A stretch of 40,211 bases of DNA from Acidimicrobiales bacterium. GTDB taxonomy: Bacteria > Actinomycetota > Acidimicrobiia > Acidimicrobiales > VFJN01. Both the position numbers and the translations under genes were made by a program. Positions 7,739-16,043 of the stretch are shown here, piece by piece; within the stretch, counting starts at the first letter, position 1; the number at the start of each line of letters is the position of its first letter. The notes below the pieces were generated by a model, which worked only from the letters and a program-made list of their open reading frames with translations, was not told the origin of the DNA and did no database searches. The stretch is taken from contig DASRJN010000577.1 of NCBI GenBank assembly GCA_035649455.1, positions 1-40,211 of the forward strand, in the 5' to 3' direction.

Positions 7739-8502
7739 CGCTTGGCGAGGGACTCGCTGATGCGCCCGGCGGTGGCGACGAGGTCGGGGACCAGCTCGTC
7801 GTGGATCTGCTCGAGGCCGGTGCGGGCCACCTGGGTGGAGATGTTCATGGCCGCCACCGCCCGGCCCGACGCGTCCCGCAGAGGCGCGGCCACCGACCGC
7901 AGGCCCATCTCCAGCTCCTGGTCGACCAGCGCCCACCCCTGCGCCCGCACCTGCTTCAGCACGACCGCCAGGTCGGCCACCGTGGCGACCGTGCGCTCGG
8001 TGTGCCGCTCCAGCGAGGCGGGCAGGGCGGCGTCGAGCTCGTCCGGCTCCAGCTCGGCCAGCAGCACCCGCCCCATCGACGTGCAGTAGGCGGGGAGGCG
8101 GCTGCCGAGGCCCAGCGAGATGGTCATGATCCGCTTGGTCGGCACGCGGGCGATGTAGACGATGTCGGCGCCGTCCAGCACCGTGACGGACACCGACTCA
8201 TGCACCCGCTCGGACAGCGCCTCCAGGTAGGGCTGGGCGATCTGCTGCACGTTGAGTGACGACAGGTAGGCGTAGCCGATGTCGAGCACACGCGGCGTGA
8301 GGGAGAACTGCCGCCCGGTGGTCGACACGTAGCCCAGCTGGCCCAGGGTGAGCAGCAGCCGCCGGGCAGTCGCCCGCGTCAGGCCGGTGCGGGCCGCGAC
8401 CTCGCTCAGCGTGAGGTGAGGGTGATCGGCGTCGAAGCTCTGGATGACGGCGAGCCCGCGCTCCAGCGACTGCACGAAGTCCACCCTTGACATGCCTCCC
8501 AT
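7735..8502 (-). CDS. IclR family transcriptional regulator (PcaR/PobR-like)
   Basis: VQSLERGLAVIQSF....LTLSEVAARTGLTRATARRLLLTLGQLGYV HTH plus an IclR effector domain (..LGSRLPAYCTSMGRVLLA..). The start is ATG 8502 or 8493; the track uses TTG 8511. Divergent from the dioxygenase operon. Confidence 0.8.
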   Translation of the reverse strand: MGGMSRVDFVQSLERGLAVIQSFDADHPHLTLSEVAARTGLTRATARRLLLTLGQLGYVSTTGRQFSLTPRVLDIGYAYLSSLNVQQIAQPYLEALSERVHESVSVTVLDGADIVYIARVPTKRIMTISLGLGSRLPAYCTSMGRVLLAELEPDELDAALPASLERHTERTVATVADLAVVLKQVRAQGWALVDQELEMGLRSVAAPLRDASGRAVAAMNISTQVARTGLEQIHDELVPDLVATAGRISESLAKR

Positions 8503-8521
8503 GCTCGACAAAGGTCGAAGT

Positions 8522-8555
8522 GTTCACATTGCGCACGAGTGTACGCTATGCGAAC
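8522..8555. promoter_or_regulatory. Candidate IclR operator: 15-bp imperfect inverted repeat GTTCACATTGCGCAC-N4-GTACGCTATGCGAAC (12/15 complementary)
   Basis: Read directly. Centred in the 79-bp divergent region between the IclR gene and the dioxygenase operon. Confidence 0.5.
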
Positions 8556-8581
8556 ACACGAGGAAAGATACGAGGGGAACC

Positions 8582-9079
8582 ATGGCGACGTACACCACCG
8601 CGTTCGCCTCGCTCGCCCGCTACGACAAGGGCGGCGTCGAGGTGATCAACGACGATCCGAAGAACTACGTGTTCTCGAACATGTTCGACGTGGCCAGCGC
8701 GGCGAGCCCCTGGGAGAAGGTGGCGGTGGCCAAGAACATGCAGTACGTGCTCGAGGTCATCCGGGCCGAGGGCACCTCCGAGTGGCGGGCCGCACCCCAC
8801 GACGAGTTCGCCCTCGTGGTGGACGGCGAGGTGGTGGTCGAGCTGCTCGACCCGGCCGAGCCGCAGGTCGACCCCCGCGCCCAGGGATCAGTGGCCGTCG
8901 CCGGCGAGCCCGCCGGCACCCCCATGGGCCGCATCACCGCCGGCCGGGGCCACATGGCGCTGCTGCCGGCCGGGCGCTGCTACCGGTTCCGGGCCGAGCA
9001 GCCCAGCGTGATCCTGCTCCAGACCATCGAGGGCCCCGACACCGTCTACCGGTGGGCCGACATCTGCCAGACCGCGTGA
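8582..9079 (+). CDS. Hydroquinone 1,2-dioxygenase small subunit-like protein (PnpC/HapC/HqdA type)
   Basis: 165 aa (about 18 kDa) starting at ATG 8582 behind GAGGGG. It lies immediately upstream of a 327-aa partner carrying the Fe ligand pattern. Size, order and downstream pathway genes match two-subunit hydroquinone dioxygenases. Confidence 0.6.
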   Translation: MATYTTAFASLARYDKGGVEVINDDPKNYVFSNMFDVASAASPWEKVAVAKNMQYVLEVIRAEGTSEWRAAPHDEFALVVDGEVVVELLDPAEPQVDPRAQGSVAVAGEPAGTPMGRITAGRGHMALLPAGRCYRFRAEQPSVILLQTIEGPDTVYRWADICQTA

Positions 9080-9097
9080 CCGGGTGAGGAGCGAGCG

Positions 9098-10081
9098 ATG
9101 ACCACCACCGACATCCCCGTCGAGACCGGCGAACGCAACGAGCACGGCTACAGCAGCTTCCGCCTCGGCGGCTTCGTCTTCAGCCGGGACGAGCACTTCG
9201 CCCACATCGAGTGGCCCACGGGCCGCCACGTCATGTCCGTCGAGGCCTTCCTCAAGGCGCTCATGCGCGACGTGGCCTGGAACTTCTTCTACGGCATCGT
9301 CAACTTCGACGCGGTGATCGGGACGATGAACCACTACGGCAACGTCGATCTGTTCGCCGGCCGCTACAACGACGCCTACCGCAAGGCCGAGCTCGACCAC
9401 CAGGAGAACTTCGACGCCGGCCACATCATGGCCACGTTCCAGGCCATGCTCGCCGACTGGACCAACGACGGCTTCGACCCCTTCGCCGCCCCGCAGGAGA
9501 CCGGGTCGGCCTTCGGCGGGAAGAACGGCGACAACCTGGCCGCGGTGACCCGCACCCGGGTCACGGCCGAGCGCATGGTCGGGGTCCCCGGGGACGAGCC
9601 GCTGCGCAGCGACGCGACCGGCCACCCCATCAACCGCATGTTCGCCGATGTGCCGCAGGACGAGCCGGCCGTCGAGCCCGAGGCGGGCTACGAGGGCGAG
9701 GTCGCCGCCTTCAACCTGTACGCCTACCTGTCGCGCAGCGACGTCACCTGGAACCCCTCGGTGGTCTCGGTGTGCAAGGAGAGCCTGTACTGCCCGACCA
9801 CCGAGGAGTTCATCCTCCCGATCATCCACGGCAACGACCGGGTCGAGTGGTTCGTCCAGCTCTCCGACGAGATCCACTGGAAGGTCGAGGACCGCGAGTC
9901 GGGAGCGCCCCGGGCCAACGTGGTCATGAAGTCGGGTGATGTGGCCGCCATGCCGGCCGACATCCGCCACCAGGGCTACTCGCCCAAGCGGGCGATGCTG
10001 CTGGTGTGGGAGAACGGCTCGCCCGCCCTGCCCGACCTCATCGCCGAGGGCAAGGCGCCGAAGACCGCCGTCGAGTTCTGA
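9098..10081 (+). CDS. Hydroquinone 1,2-dioxygenase large (catalytic) subunit-like protein (PnpD/HapD/HqdB type)
   Basis: 327 aa, with GAGGAG upstream. C-terminal cupin region IIHGNDRVEW....DIRHQG gives H244-x-N246-x3-E250 and H291 (E+41). This is the spacing I recall for the PnpD Fe(II) ligands. Confidence 0.7.
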   Translation: MTTTDIPVETGERNEHGYSSFRLGGFVFSRDEHFAHIEWPTGRHVMSVEAFLKALMRDVAWNFFYGIVNFDAVIGTMNHYGNVDLFAGRYNDAYRKAELDHQENFDAGHIMATFQAMLADWTNDGFDPFAAPQETGSAFGGKNGDNLAAVTRTRVTAERMVGVPGDEPLRSDATGHPINRMFADVPQDEPAVEPEAGYEGEVAAFNLYAYLSRSDVTWNPSVVSVCKESLYCPTTEEFILPIIHGNDRVEWFVQLSDEIHWKVEDRESGAPRANVVMKSGDVAAMPADIRHQGYSPKRAMLLVWENGSPALPDLIAEGKAPKTAVEF

Positions 10082-10082
10082 C

Positions 10083-11552
10083 GTGCAGACCCGGCTGTTC
10101 ATCGGGGGCGACTTCGTCGACGCGCTCGAGGGCGGCACCATCGAGGTCCGCAACCCCCACGACGGGTCGTTGCTGGCCGAGGTGGCCGAGGCGCGCGCCG
10201 CCGACGTCGACCGGGCCGTCGCGGCCGCCCGCGCCGCCTTCCCGGCGTGGGCGGAGACGCCGGCAGCCGAGCGGGGCCGGGTGCTGCAGCGCCTGGCCGA
10301 CACCATCGAAGACCACGCCGAGGAGCTGGCGAGGCTGGAGTCGACCGACACCGGCCACCCGCTGAAGGACACCACGGTCCTCGACGTCCCCCGCACCGCC
10401 GCCACCTATCGCTACTTCGGCGGCCTGGCCGACAAGTTCGAGGGCTCGGTCATCCCGGTCGATACCGCCGGGTTCCTGAACTACGTGACGCCCGAGCCGG
10501 TGGGCGTCGTCGGCCACATCGTGCCGTGGAACTTCCCGATCATGTTCACCAGCTGGAAGCTGGGCCCGGCGCTGGCCGCCGGCAACACCGCGGTGATGAA
10601 GCCGTCGGAGCTGGTGCCGCTGTCGACGCTCCGCCTGTGCGAGCTGATGGTGGAGGTCGGCCTGCCGCCGGGCGTTGTCAATGTGGTCACCGGCTACGGC
10701 CACGACGCCGGCGCCCGCATCGCGGCCCATCCGGACATCGACAAGGTGAGCTTCACCGGCTCCACCCGCACCGGGCGCTCGATCGTGGAGGCGTCCGCCG
10801 GCAACCTCAAGCGCGTCCACCTCGAGCTCGGCGGCAAGGGCGCCAACGTGGTGTTCGCCGACGCCGACCTGGCCGCGGCGGTGAACGGCTCCGCCTTCGC
10901 CATCTTCCACAACCAGGGCCAGGCGTGCATCGCCGGGTCCCGGCTGGTGCTGCACGAGGCCATCGCCGAGGAGTTCCTGGACGGCTTCCTGGCCCTGGCC
11001 CGCTCGCTGCGGGTGGGCGACCCGCTGGCACCCGGCACCGAGATGGGCCCGCTGACCTCGCCCGAGCACCGCGACCGGGTGCTGTCCTATGTGAAGGTGG
11101 CCGAGGACGAGGGCGGCGAGGTCCTGGCCGGCGGCCGGGCGCCCGACGACCCCGCGCTGGACAAGGGCTGCTACGTGCTGCCGACGGTCGTGCGCGCCGA
11201 TCCGACGGCCCGGGTGTGCCGCGAGGAGGTGTTCGGGCCGTTCGTCACGGTGTCCACCTTCGCCGGCGACGAGGAAGCAGTGGCGGTGGCCAACAGCACC
11301 GACTACGGCCTCGGAGCCGGGCTCTGGACCCGGGACCTGTCCCGCGCCCACCGCCTGGCCCGGGCGTTCCGCGCCGGCATGGTGTGGGTCAACTGCTACA
11401 AGCGGGTGAGCCCGGGATCGCCCTTCGGCGGCGTGGGCCAGTCGGGGTACGGGCGCGAGATGGGCTTCGAGGCCATGCGGGGCTACACCGACCCGAAGTC
11501 GGTGTGGGTCAATGTGGACGCCGACATCCCCCCCTGGTACCCGAGGGGCTGA
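10083..11552 (+). CDS. NAD(P)+ aldehyde dehydrogenase; by context 4-hydroxymuconic semialdehyde dehydrogenase
   Basis: GTG 10083, one nt after the upstream stop. Motifs VQTRLFIGGDFVD, PWNFP, FTGST, ELGGKG and QGQACIAGSR (catalytic Cys), C-terminal GGVGQSGYGRE. Confidence 0.85.
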   Translation: MQTRLFIGGDFVDALEGGTIEVRNPHDGSLLAEVAEARAADVDRAVAAARAAFPAWAETPAAERGRVLQRLADTIEDHAEELARLESTDTGHPLKDTTVLDVPRTAATYRYFGGLADKFEGSVIPVDTAGFLNYVTPEPVGVVGHIVPWNFPIMFTSWKLGPALAAGNTAVMKPSELVPLSTLRLCELMVEVGLPPGVVNVVTGYGHDAGARIAAHPDIDKVSFTGSTRTGRSIVEASAGNLKRVHLELGGKGANVVFADADLAAAVNGSAFAIFHNQGQACIAGSRLVLHEAIAEEFLDGFLALARSLRVGDPLAPGTEMGPLTSPEHRDRVLSYVKVAEDEGGEVLAGGRAPDDPALDKGCYVLPTVVRADPTARVCREEVFGPFVTVSTFAGDEEAVAVANSTDYGLGAGLWTRDLSRAHRLARAFRAGMVWVNCYKRVSPGSPFGGVGQSGYGREMGFEAMRGYTDPKSVWVNVDADIPPWYPRG

Positions 11553-11556
11553 CGGC

Positions 11557-12378
11557 GTGGCCACCATCACCACGTTGCACGACGCGGTGGCCGCCCACGT
11601 GCACGACGGCGACGTGGTGGCGCTGGAGGGTTTCACCCACCTCATCCCCCACGCCGCGGGGCACGAGATCATCCGCCAGGGCCGCCGGGACCTGACGCTC
11701 GTGCGCATGACGCCCGACATCGTCTACGACCAGCTCATCGGCATGGGGTGCGCCCGCAAGCTGGTGTTCTCCTGGGGCGGCAACCCCGGCGTCGGCTCGC
11801 TCCACCGATTCCGGGACGCGGTCGAGAACGGCTGGCCCCGGCCGCTGGAGCTGGAGGAGCACAGCCACGCGGGGATGGCCAACCGCTACGTGGCGGGGGC
11901 GTCGGGGCTGCCTTTCGGGGTCCTGCGCGGCTACGCCGGAACCGACCTGGTGGGCTGCACGGCCAACGTCGCCGCCATCGACTGCCCCTTCACGGGCGAG
12001 CAGCTCACCGCGGTGGCCGCGCTGCGCCCCGACGTGACCATCGTGCACGCACAGCGGGCCGACCGCGCCGGCACCGTCCAGCTGTGGGGCATCACCGGCG
12101 TGCAGAAGGAGGCGGTCCTGGCCGCCGAGCGATCCATCGTGACCGTGGAGGAGATCGTCGACGAGCTCGACGAGCGGCCCGGCGCCGTCGTGCTGCCCTC
12201 GTGGGTGGTCACCGCCGTGGCCGAGGTCCCGGGCGGCGCGGCGCCCAGCTACGCACATGGGTATTCGGTGCGCGACAACGCCGCCTACGCGGCGTGGGAC
12301 GGGATCAGCCGGGACCGCGAGACGTTCCGGCAATGGATGCAGGACAACGTGGCAGGCCGCGTGCCGACCACGGCGTAA
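11557..12378 (+). CDS. CoA-transferase subunit A (family I, glutaconate-CoA-transferase-like); by context 3-oxoadipate:succinyl-CoA transferase alpha
   Basis: GTG 11557, 4 nt after the ALDH stop. ..VALEGFTHLIPHAAGHEIIRQGRRDLTLV.. and ..VTIVHAQRADRAGTVQLWG.. are typical of subunit A. Confidence 0.75.
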   Translation: MATITTLHDAVAAHVHDGDVVALEGFTHLIPHAAGHEIIRQGRRDLTLVRMTPDIVYDQLIGMGCARKLVFSWGGNPGVGSLHRFRDAVENGWPRPLELEEHSHAGMANRYVAGASGLPFGVLRGYAGTDLVGCTANVAAIDCPFTGEQLTAVAALRPDVTIVHAQRADRAGTVQLWGITGVQKEAVLAAERSIVTVEEIVDELDERPGAVVLPSWVVTAVAEVPGGAAPSYAHGYSVRDNAAYAAWDGISRDRETFRQWMQDNVAGRVPTTA

Positions 12379-12391
12379 AGGGAGGGAACCC

Positions 12392-12865
12392 ATGGCCGTC
12401 GCAACCCAGACCATGACCGACGAGCAGCGCAAGAGCGTGGCGATCGAGTACCTCAAGGCGTTCGATCGGGGCGGCCAGACCTCGGACGGCAGCAGCATCC
12501 TCGACCTGTTCGCCGACGACGCCCAGGTGTACTTCCCGAAGTGGGGCATCGCCTCGGGCAAGGAGCAGATCGGCCAGCTGTTCGGCGACGTGGGCGGCAC
12601 CCTCAAGGGGATCGAGCACCACTTCTCCGAGTTCAACTGGATCTTCTCCGGCTCGGACGTGCTGGTGTGCGAGGGGACCAGCCACGGCGAGCACCGCGAC
12701 GGCCCGTGGCGCTCGGGCGTGCCGGAGTGGGGCGCGGGCCGGTGGTGCGACGTGTTCGAGATCCGGGACTTCCTGATCCAGCGCGTGTTCATCTACCTCG
12801 ACCCCGACTACGCCGGGCAGGACACCGCCCGCTACCCCTGGCTGGACGGCGAGGCCGGCGCTTGA
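12392..12865 (+). CDS. NTF2/SnoaL-like fold protein
   Basis: ATG 12392 behind GGGAGGG. 157 aa: ..SVAIEYLKAFDRGG....LFADDAQVYFPKWGIASGKEQIGQLF... ..RWCDVFEIRDFLIQRVFIYLDPD resembles SnoaL/ketosteroid-isomerase-like cone folds. Confidence 0.55.
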   Translation: MAVATQTMTDEQRKSVAIEYLKAFDRGGQTSDGSSILDLFADDAQVYFPKWGIASGKEQIGQLFGDVGGTLKGIEHHFSEFNWIFSGSDVLVCEGTSHGEHRDGPWRSGVPEWGAGRWCDVFEIRDFLIQRVFIYLDPDYAGQDTARYPWLDGEAGA

Positions 12866-13638
12866 CTGCCCAGGAGGCCGCCTCGGCCGACCAGAGGATC
12901 GGCACCTCGGCCGACGAGATCATCGTGGCCTGGTCGGCCGACGAGATGATGACGGTGGCGGCGGCGCGCCACCTCGCGGACGGCGAGGTGTGCTTCGTCG
13001 GCATCGGCATGCCCTCGCTCGCGGCCAACCTGGCCCGGCGCACCCACGCGCCCCGGCTCGTGCTGGTGTACGAGTCCGGCACCATCGGGTCCAAGCCCCA
13101 GGTCGTGCCGCTGTCGATCGGCGACGGCGAGCTCGCCGAGACGGCCGACGCGGTGGTGTCGGTGCCGGAGATCTTCAACTACTGGCTGCAGCCGGGCCGC
13201 ATAGACGTCGGTTTCCTGGGGGCGGCCGAGCTCGACCGGCGCGGCGACATCAACACCACCGTCATCGGCTCGTACGAGGCGCCCCGGGTCCGGCTCCCCG
13301 GGGCCGGGGGCGCGCCCGAGATCGCCCGGTCCAGCGGCCGGGTGGTCGTGGTCGTGCGCCAGAGCCCGCGCACGTTCGTCGAGCATGTCGGCTTCCGCAC
13401 GTCGCTCGGGGAGCGGGTGGCCACGGTCATCACCGACATCGGCGTGCTGGGCCGCGACCCCGAGCGGGACGAGTTGGTGCTGACCGCCGTCCACCCGGGC
13501 CGCACCGTCGAGGAGGCGCGGGCGGCCACCGGCTGGGACCTGGCGGTCGCCGCGGACGTGGCCGAGACTGCCCCGCCCACGGCTGCGGAGCTGGAAGCCC
13601 TGCGCGGCCTCGAGGTCGCCGGAAGCCGCGCCGGATGA
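12862..13638 (+). CDS. CoA-transferase subunit B (beta)
   Basis: ..SADEMMTVAAARHLADGEVCFVGIGMPSLAANLARRTHAPRLVLVYESGTIG.. is the canonical subunit-B N-terminus. The start is probably TTG 12862 (TTGA overlap with the NTF2 stop); GTG or ATG further in are possible. Confidence 0.7.
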   Translation: MTAQEAASADQRIGTSADEIIVAWSADEMMTVAAARHLADGEVCFVGIGMPSLAANLARRTHAPRLVLVYESGTIGSKPQVVPLSIGDGELAETADAVVSVPEIFNYWLQPGRIDVGFLGAAELDRRGDINTTVIGSYEAPRVRLPGAGGAPEIARSSGRVVVVVRQSPRTFVEHVGFRTSLGERVATVITDIGVLGRDPERDELVLTAVHPGRTVEEARAATGWDLAVAADVAETAPPTAAELEALRGLEVAGSRAG

Positions 13639-14702
13639 CACCGTTCACATACGAGGCCGTCGGCGGCCGCGTGCTGTTCGGGCCCGGCACGCTCGGTCGG
13701 CTCCCGGAAGAGCTGGACGCCCTGGGCGCGGCCCGGGTCCTGCTGCTGGCCGGCGACCGCCACGCCCCGCCGGTGCTCGACCTGCTGGGCGACCGGGTCG
13801 TCGGCCACTACCCCGCCGTGGTCCAGCATGTCCCGGAGGCAGCCGCGGCCGAGGCCCGGTGCCTGGCCGCCGATCTGGGCCCCGACGCGCTGCTGGCGGT
13901 GGGGGGCGGATCGGCCATCGGGTTCGGCAAGGCGGTGGCCCTGGCCTATGACGCGCCGCTGGCGGCGGTGCCCACCACCTACTCGGGCTCGGAGATGACC
14001 AGCATCTGGGGTCTGAGCGAAGGTGGCCACAAGCGCACCGGCACCGACCCCCGGGTGAAGCCGCGGCTGGTGGTGTACGACCCCGAGCTCACGATGGGGC
14101 TGCCGCCTCGCGTGGCGGGACCATCGGGGATGAACGCCCTGGCCCACTGCGTCGAGGCCCTGTACGGCCCGCGGGCCAACCCGGTCGCCTCGCTGGTGGC
14201 GCTGGAGGGCATCCGCGCCCTGCACCGCAGCCTGCCCGAGGTGTGCGCCACACCGGGCGACCTCGGCGCCCGGACCGACGCCCTGTACGGCGCCTACCTC
14301 GGGGGGACGGCGTTGGCCTCGGCGGGCACGGCCCTGCACCACAAGACCTGCCACGTGCTCGGCGGGATGTTCGGCCTCGACCATGGGGACACCAACGCGG
14401 TCGTGCTCGGCCACGCGCTGGCGTACAACGGGCCGGCCATCCCCGAGGCGCTGGCCCGCATCGAATGCGCGTTGGGGACGGGCGACGCCCCCGGCGCGCT
14501 CCACGACCTGGCCGCGTCGGTCGAGGCACCGGCGAGCCTGGCCGCCATGGGGATGCCCGCCGCCGGCCTCGACGAGGCCACCCGCCGCGTGGTGGCCGCA
14601 GCCGCCGGCAACGTGCGCCGGCCGGAGCCCGAGGGCATCCGCCGGATGCTCGACGACGCGTTCGCGGGACGGCGTCCGGCCGCCGTCCCGTCCCATCGCT
14701 AG
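13635..14702 (+). CDS. Maleylacetate reductase (iron-containing alcohol dehydrogenase family)
   Basis: ATGA overlap with subunit B. FTYEAVGGRVLFGPGTL..L..LGA.RVLLL, GGGSAIGFGKAVA and TTYSGSEMT match the maleylacetate reductase subfamily pattern. Confidence 0.75.
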   Translation: MTPFTYEAVGGRVLFGPGTLGRLPEELDALGAARVLLLAGDRHAPPVLDLLGDRVVGHYPAVVQHVPEAAAAEARCLAADLGPDALLAVGGGSAIGFGKAVALAYDAPLAAVPTTYSGSEMTSIWGLSEGGHKRTGTDPRVKPRLVVYDPELTMGLPPRVAGPSGMNALAHCVEALYGPRANPVASLVALEGIRALHRSLPEVCATPGDLGARTDALYGAYLGGTALASAGTALHHKTCHVLGGMFGLDHGDTNAVVLGHALAYNGPAIPEALARIECALGTGDAPGALHDLAASVEAPASLAAMGMPAAGLDEATRRVVAAAAGNVRRPEPEGIRRMLDDAFAGRRPAAVPSHR

Positions 14703-14726
14703 TGATGTACCCAAGGGGGGGCACAG

Positions 14727-16043
14727 ATGAACAGGCAGCATCGGAGGCTGGTGCTCACGCGGCGCGGCTTCCTGCAGGGAGCGGCGGCGGCCGGCATCGG
14801 GGGCGGGATCATCGCCGCCTGCGGTGACGACGACGACAGCGGCAGCAGCGCCGCCGGCGAGGGCGGTGGAGGGGGCGACATCCCCTCGGCGAAGATCGGC
14901 TACGTCACACCTCGCACCGGCGCGCTGGCGCCGTTCGGCGAGGCCGACGCCTTCATCCTGGCCGCCATGAAGGACAGCTACGGCGATTCGATAGAGATCC
15001 TCGACCGCGACAGCGAGTCCGACGCGGGCCGCGCCGGCGAGGTGGCCCAAGAGCTCATCGGCGAAGGGGTCAACCTCATGCTGGTGTCGTCGACGCCCGA
15101 CACGACGGTCCCCGTGGCCAGCGCCTGCGACCTGGGCGAGGTCCCGTGCATCTCGACCGTGGCGCCCTGGCAGCCGCACTACCTGGGCACGGGCGGGGAG
15201 CTCGGCCCCGACGTCGACCAGCCCGAGCAGGCCTCGGCCTACAACTGGCACTTCTTCTGGGGCCTCGAGGACGTGATCGAGAACTTCATCGCCCTGTGGG
15301 AGCAGGCGGGCGTGGCCAAGGTGGTGGGCGGCCTGTGGCCCAACGACCCCGACGGCAACGCCTGGAGCGACGCGAACGTCGGCTTGCCGCCGGCGCTCGA
15401 GGCCGCGGGCTTCACCGTGGTCGACCCCGGGAGGTTCCCGCTCGACACCCAGGACTTCAGCTCGCAGATCGATCAGTTCCGGGCGGCCGGCGTCACCATC
15501 GTGTCGGGGGTGGTACCCCCGCCGACCTTCGCCAACTTCCAGAGCCAGGCGTTGCAGCAGGGCTTCTCGCCGCCGGTGGTCACGGTGGCCAAGGCGCTGC
15601 TGTTCCCCAGCGCGGTCGAGTCCTACCCGCGGGGCGAGGGGCTGAGCACGGAGATCTGGTGGACCGAGCGCCACCCGTTCACGTCCTCGCTGACCGGCCA
15701 GACCGCCGCCGAGCTGGCCGCCGCCTTCGCGGACGAGGCGGGCGCCCAGCCCACCCAGCCGCTCGGTTTCGCCCACGCGCTGTTCGAGGTGGCCATCGAC
15801 GCCCTCAAGCGGGCGGGGTCGAGCGATGTCGACGCGCTGAGTGAGGCTCTGGGGTCCACGGACCTGGCGACGGTGGTGGGGCCGATCGACTTCTCGTCGG
15901 GCCCCGTGCCCAACTTCTCCAAGACGCCGCTGGTGGCCGGCCAGTGGGTCGAGGGCACCGACTACCCGCTGGAGCTGGCGATCAACGTCAACGAGCAGCT
16001 CCCGGACCTGCCGGTCGACGGGACGATCCAGCCGATGACATGA
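14727..16043 (+). CDS. ABC transporter substrate-binding lipoprotein, LivJ/type-I PBP family, Tat-exported
   Basis: AAGGGGGGG SD. Signal RRLVLTRRGFLQGAAAAGIGGGIIAAC (twin-Arg plus lipobox Cys) followed by an Asp/Gly/Ser linker. The body resembles Leu/Ile/Val-type binding proteins that also serve aromatic-acid uptake. Confidence 0.8.
   Translation: MNRQHRRLVLTRRGFLQGAAAAGIGGGIIAACGDDDDSGSSAAGEGGGGGDIPSAKIGYVTPRTGALAPFGEADAFILAAMKDSYGDSIEILDRDSESDAGRAGEVAQELIGEGVNLMLVSSTPDTTVPVASACDLGEVPCISTVAPWQPHYLGTGGELGPDVDQPEQASAYNWHFFWGLEDVIENFIALWEQAGVAKVVGGLWPNDPDGNAWSDANVGLPPALEAAGFTVVDPGRFPLDTQDFSSQIDQFRAAGVTIVSGVVPPPTFANFQSQALQQGFSPPVVTVAKALLFPSAVESYPRGEGLSTEIWWTERHPFTSSLTGQTAAELAAAFADEAGAQPTQPLGFAHALFEVAIDALKRAGSSDVDALSEALGSTDLATVVGPIDFSSGPVPNFSKTPLVAGQWVEGTDYPLELAINVNEQLPDLPVDGTIQPMT

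Noticed and set aside
13179-15776. 865-aa minus-strand ORF
   Set aside because: It is antisense to CoA-transferase B, maleylacetate reductase and the SBP. It has low-complexity Arg/Gly/Pro composition.
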